The notes beneath the pieces are model-generated. The model saw nothing but the letters and a program-made list of their open reading frames with translations, searched no databases and was not told where the DNA came from. A stretch of 64,000 nt of DNA from a virus. This document shows positions 5,469 through 12,756 of this stretch, in pieces. How positions within the stretch are numbered: position 1 is the stretch's first letter; the number at the start of each line of letters is the position of its first letter. The position numbers were made by a program, and so were the translations under genes. Location: the IMG/VR virus record IMGVR_UViG_3300045988_162215. One strand, 5' to 3'.

Positions 5469-5570
5469 CTAATTTGTCGTTCTATTGTTATCCCAGTCCG
5501 CAAGCAGTAATGCAAGTGTGCTTGTGTCTTTGTTCTCGATAGCTTCCTCAATTCTTTCAATCAAACTCAT
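5469..5570 (-). CDS. hypothetical mini-protein (33 aa)
   Basis: SD aggaaacaagagaag + ATG; downstream of the 31-bp repeat. Confidence 0.3.
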   Translation of the reverse strand: MSLIERIEEAIENKDTSTLALLLADWDNNRTTN

Positions 5571-5592
5571 CTTCTCTTGTTTCCTTTCCTTG

Positions 5593-5623
5593 TGTTCCTT
5601 ACAAGTATTATAATACTACTTTA
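5593..5623. repeat. 31-bp perfect repeat, copy 2
   Basis: Identical to 4629..4659. Confidence 0.8.
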
Positions 5624-5716
5624 TTCAATGGATTGATACAATTTGCTTGCGTTTTTTATTAAATCCTTTACCTGTTTTAGGAAAGATATTTTTTTTATTT
5701 TTTTACACTTTTCCTC

Positions 5717-5746
5717 TTGACAAATTGGCTAGTAATGTGCTATAAT
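5717..5746 (+). promoter_or_regulatory. plus-strand sigma70 promoter D (extended -10 TGcTATAAT)
   Basis: cTTGACAaattggctagtaatgTGcTATAAT. Confidence 0.7.
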
Positions 5747-5752
5747 AGTTCG

Positions 5753-5815
5753 GACACCAGACCAAGTGTTCGATTCAGAACGAACAAAAAAAAGAAGGCT
5801 TTTCGCCTTCTTCCT
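5753..5815 (+). ncRNA. candidate small RNA D (~60 nt)
   Basis: Same 5' motif ccagaccaaguguucgau, hairpin guucg-auucaga-cgaac, then hairpin gaaggc-uuuuc-gccuuc. Confidence 0.45.
5789..5815 (-). terminator. intrinsic terminator (mainly minus strand) after ORF 5814..6005; possible 3' end of sRNA D
   Basis: Minus strand gaaggcgaaaagccttc followed by tttttttt. Confidence 0.5.
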
Positions 5816-6005
5816 ACATTGTAATCACATCATACCTTGTAACAATCTTCAGATGTCTGTCTGTGTTGATTGCCTGAAGTCTTGCAAGTTCCTTTTCAGC
5901 CTTTGCTCTCTCGATCGACTTTGTGTTATCATCAAAGTAATTTGTTCTTGTGAATACGAAATAGTTATCCTCGATTGTGAAATATGCAAGTGTTGTCTTA
6001 TTCAT
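5814..6005 (-). CDS. hypothetical early protein (63 aa)
   Basis: ORF track; variant of the conserved 5'UTR cassette; promoter 6060..6088. Confidence 0.55.
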   Translation of the reverse strand: MNKTTLAYFTIEDNYFVFTRTNYFDDNTKSIERAKAEKELARLQAINTDRHLKIVTRYDVITM

Positions 6006-6088
6006 AGTTATTTACCTTTAAGCCTTTTGTTTGGCTTTCCTTTCCTTATCTTTATACTTATTATAAGCCTTTTGTTGTTGTTTGTCAA
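6006..6088 (-). repeat. duplicated promoter + 5'UTR cassette (copy 3, diverged)
   Basis: As above. Confidence 0.5.
6060..6088 (-). promoter_or_regulatory. sigma70 consensus promoter
   Basis: Reverse complement TTGACAaacaacaacaaaaggctTATAAT. Confidence 0.7.
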
Positions 6089-6130
6089 GCTTTTTTTATA
6101 AATAAATTGTACTCTTTTAGTACTTTAACA

Positions 6131-6146
6131 CTTTAACGCACTAAAG
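6131..6146. repeat. palindromic motif CTTTAACGCACTAAAG (copy 2)
   Basis: As above. Confidence 0.7.
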
Positions 6147-6159
6147 CGTCAAGCACTAT

Positions 6160-6195
6160 TAAAGGCAAGGACTTGCGCCCTTGCCTTATTTTTAC
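6160..6195 (+). terminator. intrinsic terminator
   Basis: aaggcaagggacttgcgcccttgccttattttt (9-bp GC stem). Confidence 0.6.
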
Positions 6196-6197
6196 TT

Positions 6198-6434
6198 CTA
6201 CAAGTTGTTATTGATTGTCATTCTACCCAATCCACAAACGAAGTAGAAAAGTGAAGTTGTATCACCAGTAACTTCTGTCCAGCCATCCTCGCGAACTTCG
6301 ATTGACACATTGTGCTTTTCTGCAAAATACTCAAGTCCTGTAACCTGTGCCTCATCCTCTGTGTGGAAGAGAACCATGTCACTCATAACCTCAAACTCAA
6401 CGCCCTCAATATTCTGATACATTCTAAACTCCAT
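6198..6434 (-). CDS. hypothetical acidic early protein (78 aa)
   Basis: ORF track; conserved 5'UTR cassette; promoter 6485..6513. Confidence 0.55.
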   Translation of the reverse strand: MEFRMYQNIEGVEFEVMSDMVLFHTEDEAQVTGLEYFAEKHNVSIEVREDGWTEVTGDTTSLFYFVCGLGRMTINNNL

Positions 6435-6513
6435 AACTTTTTACCTTTAGCCTTTTGGCTTCCTTTCCTTTACCTTATGTACACATTATAAGCCTTTTTG
6501 GTTCATTTGTCAA
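6435..6513 (-). repeat. duplicated promoter + 5'UTR cassette (copy 4)
   Basis: As above. Confidence 0.6.
6485..6513 (-). promoter_or_regulatory. sigma70 consensus promoter
   Basis: Reverse complement TTGACAaatgaaccaaaaaggctTATAAT. Confidence 0.7.
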
Positions 6514-6568
6514 GTGTTTTTGTAAAAAAATTTTTATCATTTTCTTTACTTCTTTGCGCGCTTCAATG

Positions 6569-6584
6569 CTTTAACGCACTAAAG
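6569..6584. repeat. palindromic motif CTTTAACGCACTAAAG (copy 3)
   Basis: As above. Confidence 0.7.
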
Positions 6585-6625
6585 TGTTTGCCCCGCCTAA
6601 CCAGTGATTATGTAAAAATTAGTGC

Positions 6626-6654
6626 TTGACAAACTACGCATAGTATGGTATAAT
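6626..6654 (+). promoter_or_regulatory. plus-strand sigma70 promoter E
   Basis: cTTGACAaactacgcatagtatgGTATAAT. Confidence 0.7.
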
Positions 6655-6660
6655 GAATCT

Positions 6661-6790
6661 GAGATATAATGGGCGGGTGTATCTCGGGATGAGCCAGAGT
6701 GAGTTAGTCTAGCCTAACTTTCCTCGACAATTCCCTCTCCAAAAGTTATTTTGATTTCAAAAGACGGAATTTGTAAAAATCGTTGAGGTT
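6661..6790 (+). ncRNA. candidate non-coding transcript E, convergent with the Thg1-like gene
   Basis: Strong promoter; no ORF longer than 7 codons; local hairpins gagaua...uaucuc and guuag...cuaac. Confidence 0.4.
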
Positions 6791-6794
6791 AATA

Positions 6795-7679
6795 TTATTC
6801 CTCCTCAATAAAAATTAAATCTTCAATATACTTTCTACCTTCTCCTTTAAATATAGGAATTTCTTTATCTATAACCCAAGCTCTTTCTAATTTAGATGTA
6901 TCTCTAAGTCGTACTGTAGGTACAACTGTCTTTTTTCCACTAGGAAAAACAATTTGTTCTTTTTTTACAGTAATAACATTTTTTACACAACAAGAGCCTC
7001 TCTGACATTCTAAAGGAAGGCTATCCCAATCAATGCCTTTTTCTTTAAGCATTTCTTTTATATTCGCGCAAGACTTGCCTTGTAGCTCCTTATGGCTAAA
7101 GTTTGCTTGCCCAACTGCCTGAACTGAATTCCGCATAGCATCCAGCTGCCGCCAATAAATCAAATTAGCTACTTCTTCTTTTGGTATATTAAAACATCTT
7201 GCGTCAAACATTGCGCCTTTATCCATAGAACTACAATAAATTTTATATAAGTCAAATGGCATAGTACATTTTTTAGGAATATCATACCTATGAGCATAAT
7301 TATATGATACATTTTTTTCAAAAAATTTATTAAATGCTATTGTAGCCATACTTGCAGCAATACTACATACTTTCTGCACGTCATAATCAAACCACGCGGT
7401 GCTGGTTAAATTTTTATAATCCACTAATATAAGAGTAATTTCATCTGACTGAGTATATCCAAAAACACAACCTTGAATATTCTCACAAAGATACTGCATA
7501 GTTTCTTGCATTGACTTCATCAATATCTCATCAAAAGGTTTTTGAAACCCTTTTGTAAATGTATGAAAAGCGCGGCCGTCTATTCTAATGGCAACAGGAC
7601 ATCTGTGCATAAGGTGGATTTTAGGCGCGCTTTCATAAAAAGTTTTCATTCTAGTTCCTAAATCATCATGTACTGGCAT
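6795..7679 (-). CDS. Thg1-like protein (tRNA-His guanylyltransferase family 3'-5' nucleotidyltransferase)
   Basis: Translation carries hallmark Thg1 motifs: AIRIDGRAFHTF (cf. VVRLDGRNFHRF), QKPFD (cf. AKPND), GYTQSDEITLIL (catalytic SDE), YWRQLD (cf. SWRQAD). SD agagaggtacacatatATG. Confidence 0.75.
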   Translation of the reverse strand: MPVHDDLGTRMKTFYESAPKIHLMHRCPVAIRIDGRAFHTFTKGFQKPFDEILMKSMQETMQYLCENIQGCVFGYTQSDEITLILVDYKNLTSTAWFDYDVQKVCSIAASMATIAFNKFFEKNVSYNYAHRYDIPKKCTMPFDLYKIYCSSMDKGAMFDARCFNIPKEEVANLIYWRQLDAMRNSVQAVGQANFSHKELQGKSCANIKEMLKEKGIDWDSLPLECQRGSCCVKNVITVKKEQIVFPSGKKTVVPTVRLRDTSKLERAWVIDKEIPIFKGEGRKYIEDLIFIEEE

Positions 7680-7715
7680 ATATGTGTACCTCTCTTTCCT
7701 TACTTTTATATTCTT

Positions 7716-8087
7716 TTAACCAATTGTTAAAATTGCTGGATTTACAACACCATCGCCATCATAATTGTATTCCTTATTGTGCCACTTTCTAAGATATTCT
7801 CCATACTTCCAACACTGTGAAAGAATACTAACTGCACATCCATACATATATCCTGTAATGCCCTCAGTATCAGCTTCATGGCTTAACTTATCAGCATTAT
7901 CAACAATAACTTTCATAATATCTTCTGTAGAAGATTCAATCTTGTTCTCTAACATTTCTGCCCATCTTTCAGCATATGTAAAACAAGCTCTACCATAACC
8001 GTCACTATTCTTATTATACCAATCCTTGTATTCTTTTTCGTGTCCTTCTAAAATTTTCATGCGGCAATCGCGCTTGATGGCTGCCAC
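7716..8087 (-). CDS. hypothetical protein (123 aa); start uncertain (GTG 8087 or ATG 8060)
   Basis: ORF track; same operon, immediately upstream of the Thg1-like gene. Confidence 0.5.
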   Translation of the reverse strand: MAAIKRDCRMKILEGHEKEYKDWYNKNSDGYGRACFTYAERWAEMLENKIESSTEDIMKVIVDNADKLSHEADTEGITGYMYGCAVSILSQCWKYGEYLRKWHNKEYNYDGDGVVNPAILTIG

Positions 8088-8096
8088 TAAGACAGC

Positions 8097-8219
8097 CTAG
8101 CGCACTCCTTTCTTATCTTTTTTATAACCGAAATATTTTTCTCCACATCTATCTAAATCATGCCCTCCCCATATGGCTTGATGAATACCTTTCTTAATTA
8201 TTGTACTTGGTTTAGGCAT
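8097..8219 (-). CDS. hypothetical mini-protein (40 aa)
   Basis: ATG overlapping the end of ORF 8240..8524; weak SD. Confidence 0.25.
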   Translation of the reverse strand: MPKPSTIIKKGIHQAIWGGHDLDRCGEKYFGYKKDKKGVR

Positions 8220-8239
8220 GAAATTCTTTCTTAATCTCA

Positions 8240-8524
8240 TTAGAAGTCCTCCATTCTTGTCCATGTTATTAAAAGGTATTCTACATAAAAAGCTCTTTCA
8301 CATTTTTCAACCTCAAAACCTCGTTCTTCATACATCTTTACAATTTTATCTACAAAATTTGAATTAACAAAAGGTTCTGATAAAGATACTTCTATATAAC
8401 TTTTACCATGCGCGGCATTGTACTTTATTTCTTTGTCTATAATTTTAATATACTTCTTTTGCTGTCTAAGAAATTTCTTTTTAGTACGTTTTTGTATAAG
8501 TGCTATTTTGTTAATATCAACCAT
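8240..8524 (-). CDS. hypothetical basic protein (94 aa)
   Basis: ORF track; first gene of the minus operon leading to the Thg1-like gene. Confidence 0.5.
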   Translation of the reverse strand: MVDINKIALIQKRTKKKFLRQQKKYIKIIDKEIKYNAAHGKSYIEVSLSEPFVNSNFVDKIVKMYEERGFEVEKCERAFYVEYLLITWTRMEDF

Positions 8525-8554
8525 TTTTCTACCTCTATTCTATTTACTATAATT

Positions 8555-8584
8555 ATTATATCATAAAATTTTTAATAATTCCAA
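8555..8584 (-). promoter_or_regulatory. candidate promoter of the minus operon ending in the Thg1-like gene (TTGGAA-18-TATAAT), divergent from the late promoter
   Basis: Reverse complement TTGGAAttattaaaaattttatgaTATAAT. Confidence 0.35.
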
Positions 8585-8591
8585 TTAAATA

Positions 8592-8620
8592 TTGACAAGG
8601 CTAAAAAATTTTGGTATAAT
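8592..8620 (+). promoter_or_regulatory. sigma70 consensus promoter at the head of the structural (plus-strand) module
   Basis: TTGACAaggctaaaaaattttggTATAAT. Confidence 0.7.
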
Positions 8621-8648
8621 GTGATTAAGAACAGAAAGGAGAAGTGAC

Positions 8649-9734
8649 ATGGAGCAAAATTACATAAAAATGGACTTTTCGCTTGAATCATCACAAGAGC
8701 GAACAGAGCATGTCAAAAAAATAATAGCCAATACTCCTCCTGAAAGATTGAACTCAACATACTTAGAAAAATTAGCAGATTATATAATATTAGCAGCAAA
8801 TAAAGAAGATAGAAAACAAAATAAACAAGGTGAAAAAAGTTCATTATTAACAGATAATAGAATGAAAACAGTTAATGATAGAGAGACATCTTTTGAAGGA
8901 CTTATTGGAAAACTTGAAAATGGTGAAGATGGCATTTACAATATGATTGCCAACGATAAAAATATTATCTATAGACCTAAGTATGAAATTACTGAACAAG
9001 ATATCGCGGAAGTGCCCGGTTTGAGAGAGCTTCGCGAGAGTATAGAGCGGATAGAAAAGCAGGCTAGTACAGCCACCGGCAAGCGCGCGTATCTCTTAAA
9101 AAAGCAACTCATTGAAATGAGAAAAGACCAATATGTTTTAAAAGAAGTTTACCGCAGACCAATGTATAGCACAAATTTAGTTAAATCAATATCCCGGGTA
9201 GATTTGCATGAAAAAATTCAGATTGATCCAGATACAGGTGAGATTTATAGTGATGGTCTAATTACTTTAATCAATCCTTTTCATGTTTCTCTCTTGTTAT
9301 GTAATTATTCAAAAATAAAAGAAGAAACATATGAAAATTTTGGAAGTGATTTAAGATGGATGATGGTTGATTTAGATGATTTGGTAGAAAGAACTTTTAA
9401 AGAAAAATTTCCTTTATATTATAAATTAGTAATATATAAAATAGATGGTAAACAAAATGCGGAAATTCAAGATTTATTATATGAAGAATTTGAAATTAAA
9501 CATTCTGTTGAATATATCTCTTCTCTTTGGCGAAATAAAATCCCTAAAATGTTATCTGAACAAGCTAAAATGGATTGGCTTATTTGGCACTATACTGAAG
9601 AAGAAAAAGGATATTGGAAAAGATGTTCAAGATGCGGTCAAATTAAATTAGGTCACAGCTACTTTTTTGCAAAGAATAAGACAAGTAGAGATGGATGGTA
9701 TTCTATTTGTAAATCTTGTAGAAACAAAAAGTAA
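8649..9734 (+). CDS. hypothetical protein with C-terminal zinc ribbon (CxxC-x17-CxxC)
   Basis: SD aaaggagaagtgac + ATG; consensus promoter 8592..8620 upstream. Confidence 0.6.
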   Translation: MEQNYIKMDFSLESSQERTEHVKKIIANTPPERLNSTYLEKLADYIILAANKEDRKQNKQGEKSSLLTDNRMKTVNDRETSFEGLIGKLENGEDGIYNMIANDKNIIYRPKYEITEQDIAEVPGLRELRESIERIEKQASTATGKRAYLLKKQLIEMRKDQYVLKEVYRRPMYSTNLVKSISRVDLHEKIQIDPDTGEIYSDGLITLINPFHVSLLLCNYSKIKEETYENFGSDLRWMMVDLDDLVERTFKEKFPLYYKLVIYKIDGKQNAEIQDLLYEEFEIKHSVEYISSLWRNKIPKMLSEQAKMDWLIWHYTEEEKGYWKRCSRCGQIKLGHSYFFAKNKTSRDGWYSICKSCRNKK

Positions 9735-9752
9735 AAAAGAAGGTGAATATAA

Positions 9753-10958
9753 ATGGCTGTATCGGAAAAATGTACATGTATAAAATGCAAAAGAACACTT
9801 GCTGATACAAAATTTTATACTTATAAAGATGGTGCGAAATGTGAACTTTGTAAAGATTGCTTAACAATGCACATTGATAACTGGGATCCAGAAACATTCT
9901 TATGGATTCTTGAAAAATTTGATCTTCCTTATATTGAATCTGAATGGAATATTTTGAGAGATAGAGCTTATGCTAAAGATCCTCATAAGATGACTGGTTT
10001 AAGTGTAATTGGTAAATATATTTCTAAAATGAAATTAAAACAGTTTAAGAATTACACTTGGGCGGATTCAGATAGATTGAATCAAGAAGCTAACGTGCGG
10101 CTCCAGATGATGGGCGGTTCGGCTGGAACTGAAGAAGAACAAGAGCATATCAAAGAAGCTTATGAAAACGGAGAAATTTCAGAAGCTCAATATAAAACAT
10201 ATATTCAAACTACTGCGCCAGAACCTAGATTTGAGCAAATCAGTGGCCAGATTAAAGAAGTCGGAGGCGGCTTCCCGCAAGATGTAGAGTTAATAGATGT
10301 AGGTGCTGATTTAACAACAGAAGATAAGGTTTATCTTGCTATGAAATGGGGTAAGATGTATTCTGCTGCTGATTGGGTTGCACTTGAAAAGATGTATAAT
10401 GATTTTCAAAATTCATTTGATATTCAAGACGCGGCAACCGATAAGACTTTAATGTTTATTTGTAAGACTTCACTTAAAATGGATCAGGCTCTTGATATTG
10501 GAGATTTTGATACTTATCAAAAATTAAGTAAAGTCTATGATGCGCAAATGAAATCTAGTAAATTTACTGCGGCTCAGAATAAAGATGAAAAGACTAAACA
10601 GTTTGATGCTATTGGTGAATTAGTAGCTTATTGTGAAAAAACAAAAGGCGCAATTCCAGAGTATGTTATTGATACGCCTCTAGATATTGTAGATAAGGTA
10701 ATTGATGATTTGCAGACCTATACAAGAAATCTTATCACTTCAGATTCTGGTCTTGCTCAACAGATTGAAGAGTATATTAAGAAAAGAGAGCGTGCCGACG
10801 AACAGCGTGCTGCTAAAGAGGCTGCTAAAGCCAAAGGGCTTGATCATATTGAGCTTGATGATGACGCTACTGTTGAATATAAAGAAAGCGTTGCACAACA
10901 AATTGAAGAAGATAGAGCTCTTCTAGATTCTGAGTTAGGAGAGGAGGATGACTATTGA
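9753..10958 (+). CDS. hypothetical protein with N-terminal Cys4 zinc finger; possible terminase small subunit by position only
   Basis: SD aaggtga + ATG; lies directly upstream of the large terminase. Confidence 0.5.
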   Translation: MAVSEKCTCIKCKRTLADTKFYTYKDGAKCELCKDCLTMHIDNWDPETFLWILEKFDLPYIESEWNILRDRAYAKDPHKMTGLSVIGKYISKMKLKQFKNYTWADSDRLNQEANVRLQMMGGSAGTEEEQEHIKEAYENGEISEAQYKTYIQTTAPEPRFEQISGQIKEVGGGFPQDVELIDVGADLTTEDKVYLAMKWGKMYSAADWVALEKMYNDFQNSFDIQDAATDKTLMFICKTSLKMDQALDIGDFDTYQKLSKVYDAQMKSSKFTAAQNKDEKTKQFDAIGELVAYCEKTKGAIPEYVIDTPLDIVDKVIDDLQTYTRNLITSDSGLAQQIEEYIKKRERADEQRAAKEAAKAKGLDHIELDDDATVEYKESVAQQIEEDRALLDSELGEEDDY

Positions 10959-12694
10959 GTTTACAAAGTTTATTAGACCTCTCTGGCTCAAAAAATAAAA
11001 AAATAGGAATGTCAGAAGAACGAATCAATGAACATATTGATGAAATCAGATATACCATATCTTTTTATAGAAAGTACCCTGACCTCTTTGTAGATTTTAT
11101 AAAGGGGCCAGATAGCACTTTCCATTTCTATTTTTATCAGAGAGTTTTTATTAGAGTTGTAATGCGGCACCGCAAGGTGTATGCTACATTCCCTCGAGCT
11201 TATTCGAAGTCATTTCTTTCGATGATGGTTCTTATGCTTAGATGTATATTATATCCCGGTTCAGAATTGTTCGTTACTACGGGCGGAAAAGAGCAGGCTG
11301 CTAGTATCACAGTAGCTAAAATAGAGGAAATATGCAGACTGATTCCCGCGCTTAATAATGAAATTAACTGGGATAGAGGTGTTTCTACTAAGACCAAAGA
11401 TAACGTAAAATATATTTTTAAAAATGGATCCAAGATAGATATCCTTGCGGCAAGGGAAAGTTCTAGAGGTCAGCGTCGTACAGGCGGACTTATGGAGGAG
11501 TGTGTTCTTATTGATCAGACTGCACTTAATGAAATTATTATTCCTACTACAAATGTAGACAGGCGGCTTCCAGATGGTTCTCGTGTACCTGGAGAAGTTG
11601 TTAACAAGAGCCAGATTTATATTACAACTGCTGGATATAAAAATTCATTTGCTTATGATAAATTATGTGAGCTTTTAGTAGAATCAATTATTGAACCTGA
11701 TAAGACAATGATTATGGGCGGAACCTATGAGACTCCTGTTACAGAAGGACTTTTAAATGAAGATTTTGTAGAAGAATTAAAAATGTCAGGTACATTTAAC
11801 GAAGCATCATTTGAAAGAGAATATTGTTCTGTTTGGAGCGGTGATGCAGAAAATGCTTACTTTAGTGCGCAAATATTTGATAAACACAGAGAACTTAATC
11901 AACCAGAATACGAATGGAGTGGACGTAGTTCTAAATCAGCTTACTATGTATTAGGTATAGATGTTGGTCGTATAGGGTGTACAACTGAGGTTATGGTATT
12001 TAAGGTTACGCCGCAAATTCAAGGTTCAGCAATTAAGAGTTTAGTAAATATTTATACGTATGAAGCAGAACATTTTGAAACACAAGCTATTTATATTAAA
12101 AGATTATTTTATAGATATAAAGCTAGATGTTGCGCTATTGATGCAAATGGTCTTGGTGTTGGTCTTGTTGATTATATGGTTAAGAGTCAAATAGATCCAG
12201 AAACTGGTGAAACATTACCTCCTTTTGGTGTTGAAGGTGGAACATATGAAGAAGCTGGACAAGAGTATAAAAAATTTAGAACTGATGATATGGAACGTGA
12301 TGCTATGTATCTTATTAAGGCTAATGCTCCTGTTAATACAGAAGCTCATACTTATGCTCAAACACAATTAAGTAGTGGTAAAATAAAACTTTTAATTGAT
12401 GAACGTGAAGCTAAAATGAAGTTAATGGAGACTAAGATGGGTCAAAATATGTCAATAGATCAAAGAAATGAAAAGTTAAAACCTTTTGTTTTAACTTCTG
12501 TTTTAAGAGATCAAATGATGAATTTAGTTGAAGAAAATGAAGGCGTTAATACAATTCTTAAACAAAGTACAAAAACAATTAAAAAGGATAAATTCTCTGC
12601 TTTTGAATATGGTTTGTTATATATTAAAAAAGAAGAAGCAAAAAGAAAAAAACGTGGTTCTAGAAATTTTGCTAATATGATGTTTTATAGTTAG
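10955..12694 (+). CDS. terL: terminase large subunit
   Basis: Walker-A-like PRAYSKS and nuclease motifs GIDVG / IDANGLG in the translation; TTG start with SD gaggagg overlapping the upstream stop. Confidence 0.65.
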   Translation: MSLQSLLDLSGSKNKKIGMSEERINEHIDEIRYTISFYRKYPDLFVDFIKGPDSTFHFYFYQRVFIRVVMRHRKVYATFPRAYSKSFLSMMVLMLRCILYPGSELFVTTGGKEQAASITVAKIEEICRLIPALNNEINWDRGVSTKTKDNVKYIFKNGSKIDILAARESSRGQRRTGGLMEECVLIDQTALNEIIIPTTNVDRRLPDGSRVPGEVVNKSQIYITTAGYKNSFAYDKLCELLVESIIEPDKTMIMGGTYETPVTEGLLNEDFVEELKMSGTFNEASFEREYCSVWSGDAENAYFSAQIFDKHRELNQPEYEWSGRSSKSAYYVLGIDVGRIGCTTEVMVFKVTPQIQGSAIKSLVNIYTYEAEHFETQAIYIKRLFYRYKARCCAIDANGLGVGLVDYMVKSQIDPETGETLPPFGVEGGTYEEAGQEYKKFRTDDMERDAMYLIKANAPVNTEAHTYAQTQLSSGKIKLLIDEREAKMKLMETKMGQNMSIDQRNEKLKPFVLTSVLRDQMMNLVEENEGVNTILKQSTKTIKKDKFSAFEYGLLYIKKEEAKRKKRGSRNFANMMFYS

Positions 12695-12756
12695 GTCAAG
12701 AATTATTAAAATGAAAAGATTGAATTTAAAATATATAAGTAAAGGATGTGAAATTT

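Noticed and set aside
645-6101. Plus-strand ORFs in the early block (645..869, 891..1262, 1356..1583, 1702..2025, 2395..2661, 2834..3289, 2973..3167, 3250..3438, 3578..3922, 4461..4649, 5328..5510, 5766..6101)
   Set aside because: They lie antisense to RBS-supported minus-strand genes or promoters, have no SD, and their translations are low-complexity or hydrophobic junk typical of AT-rich antisense frames.
1-8600. Possible CRISPR array, given the many short repeats
   Set aside because: The repeats are promoter hexamers and UTR cassettes at irregular spacing, each followed by an ORF. There is no repeat-spacer periodicity and no cas genes.
9445-11433. Small overlapping ORFs 9445..9651, 9703..9897, 10702..10926, 10867..11058, 11200..11433, 12779..13006
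   Set aside because: They are out of frame or antisense within confident coding genes, with no independent signals.
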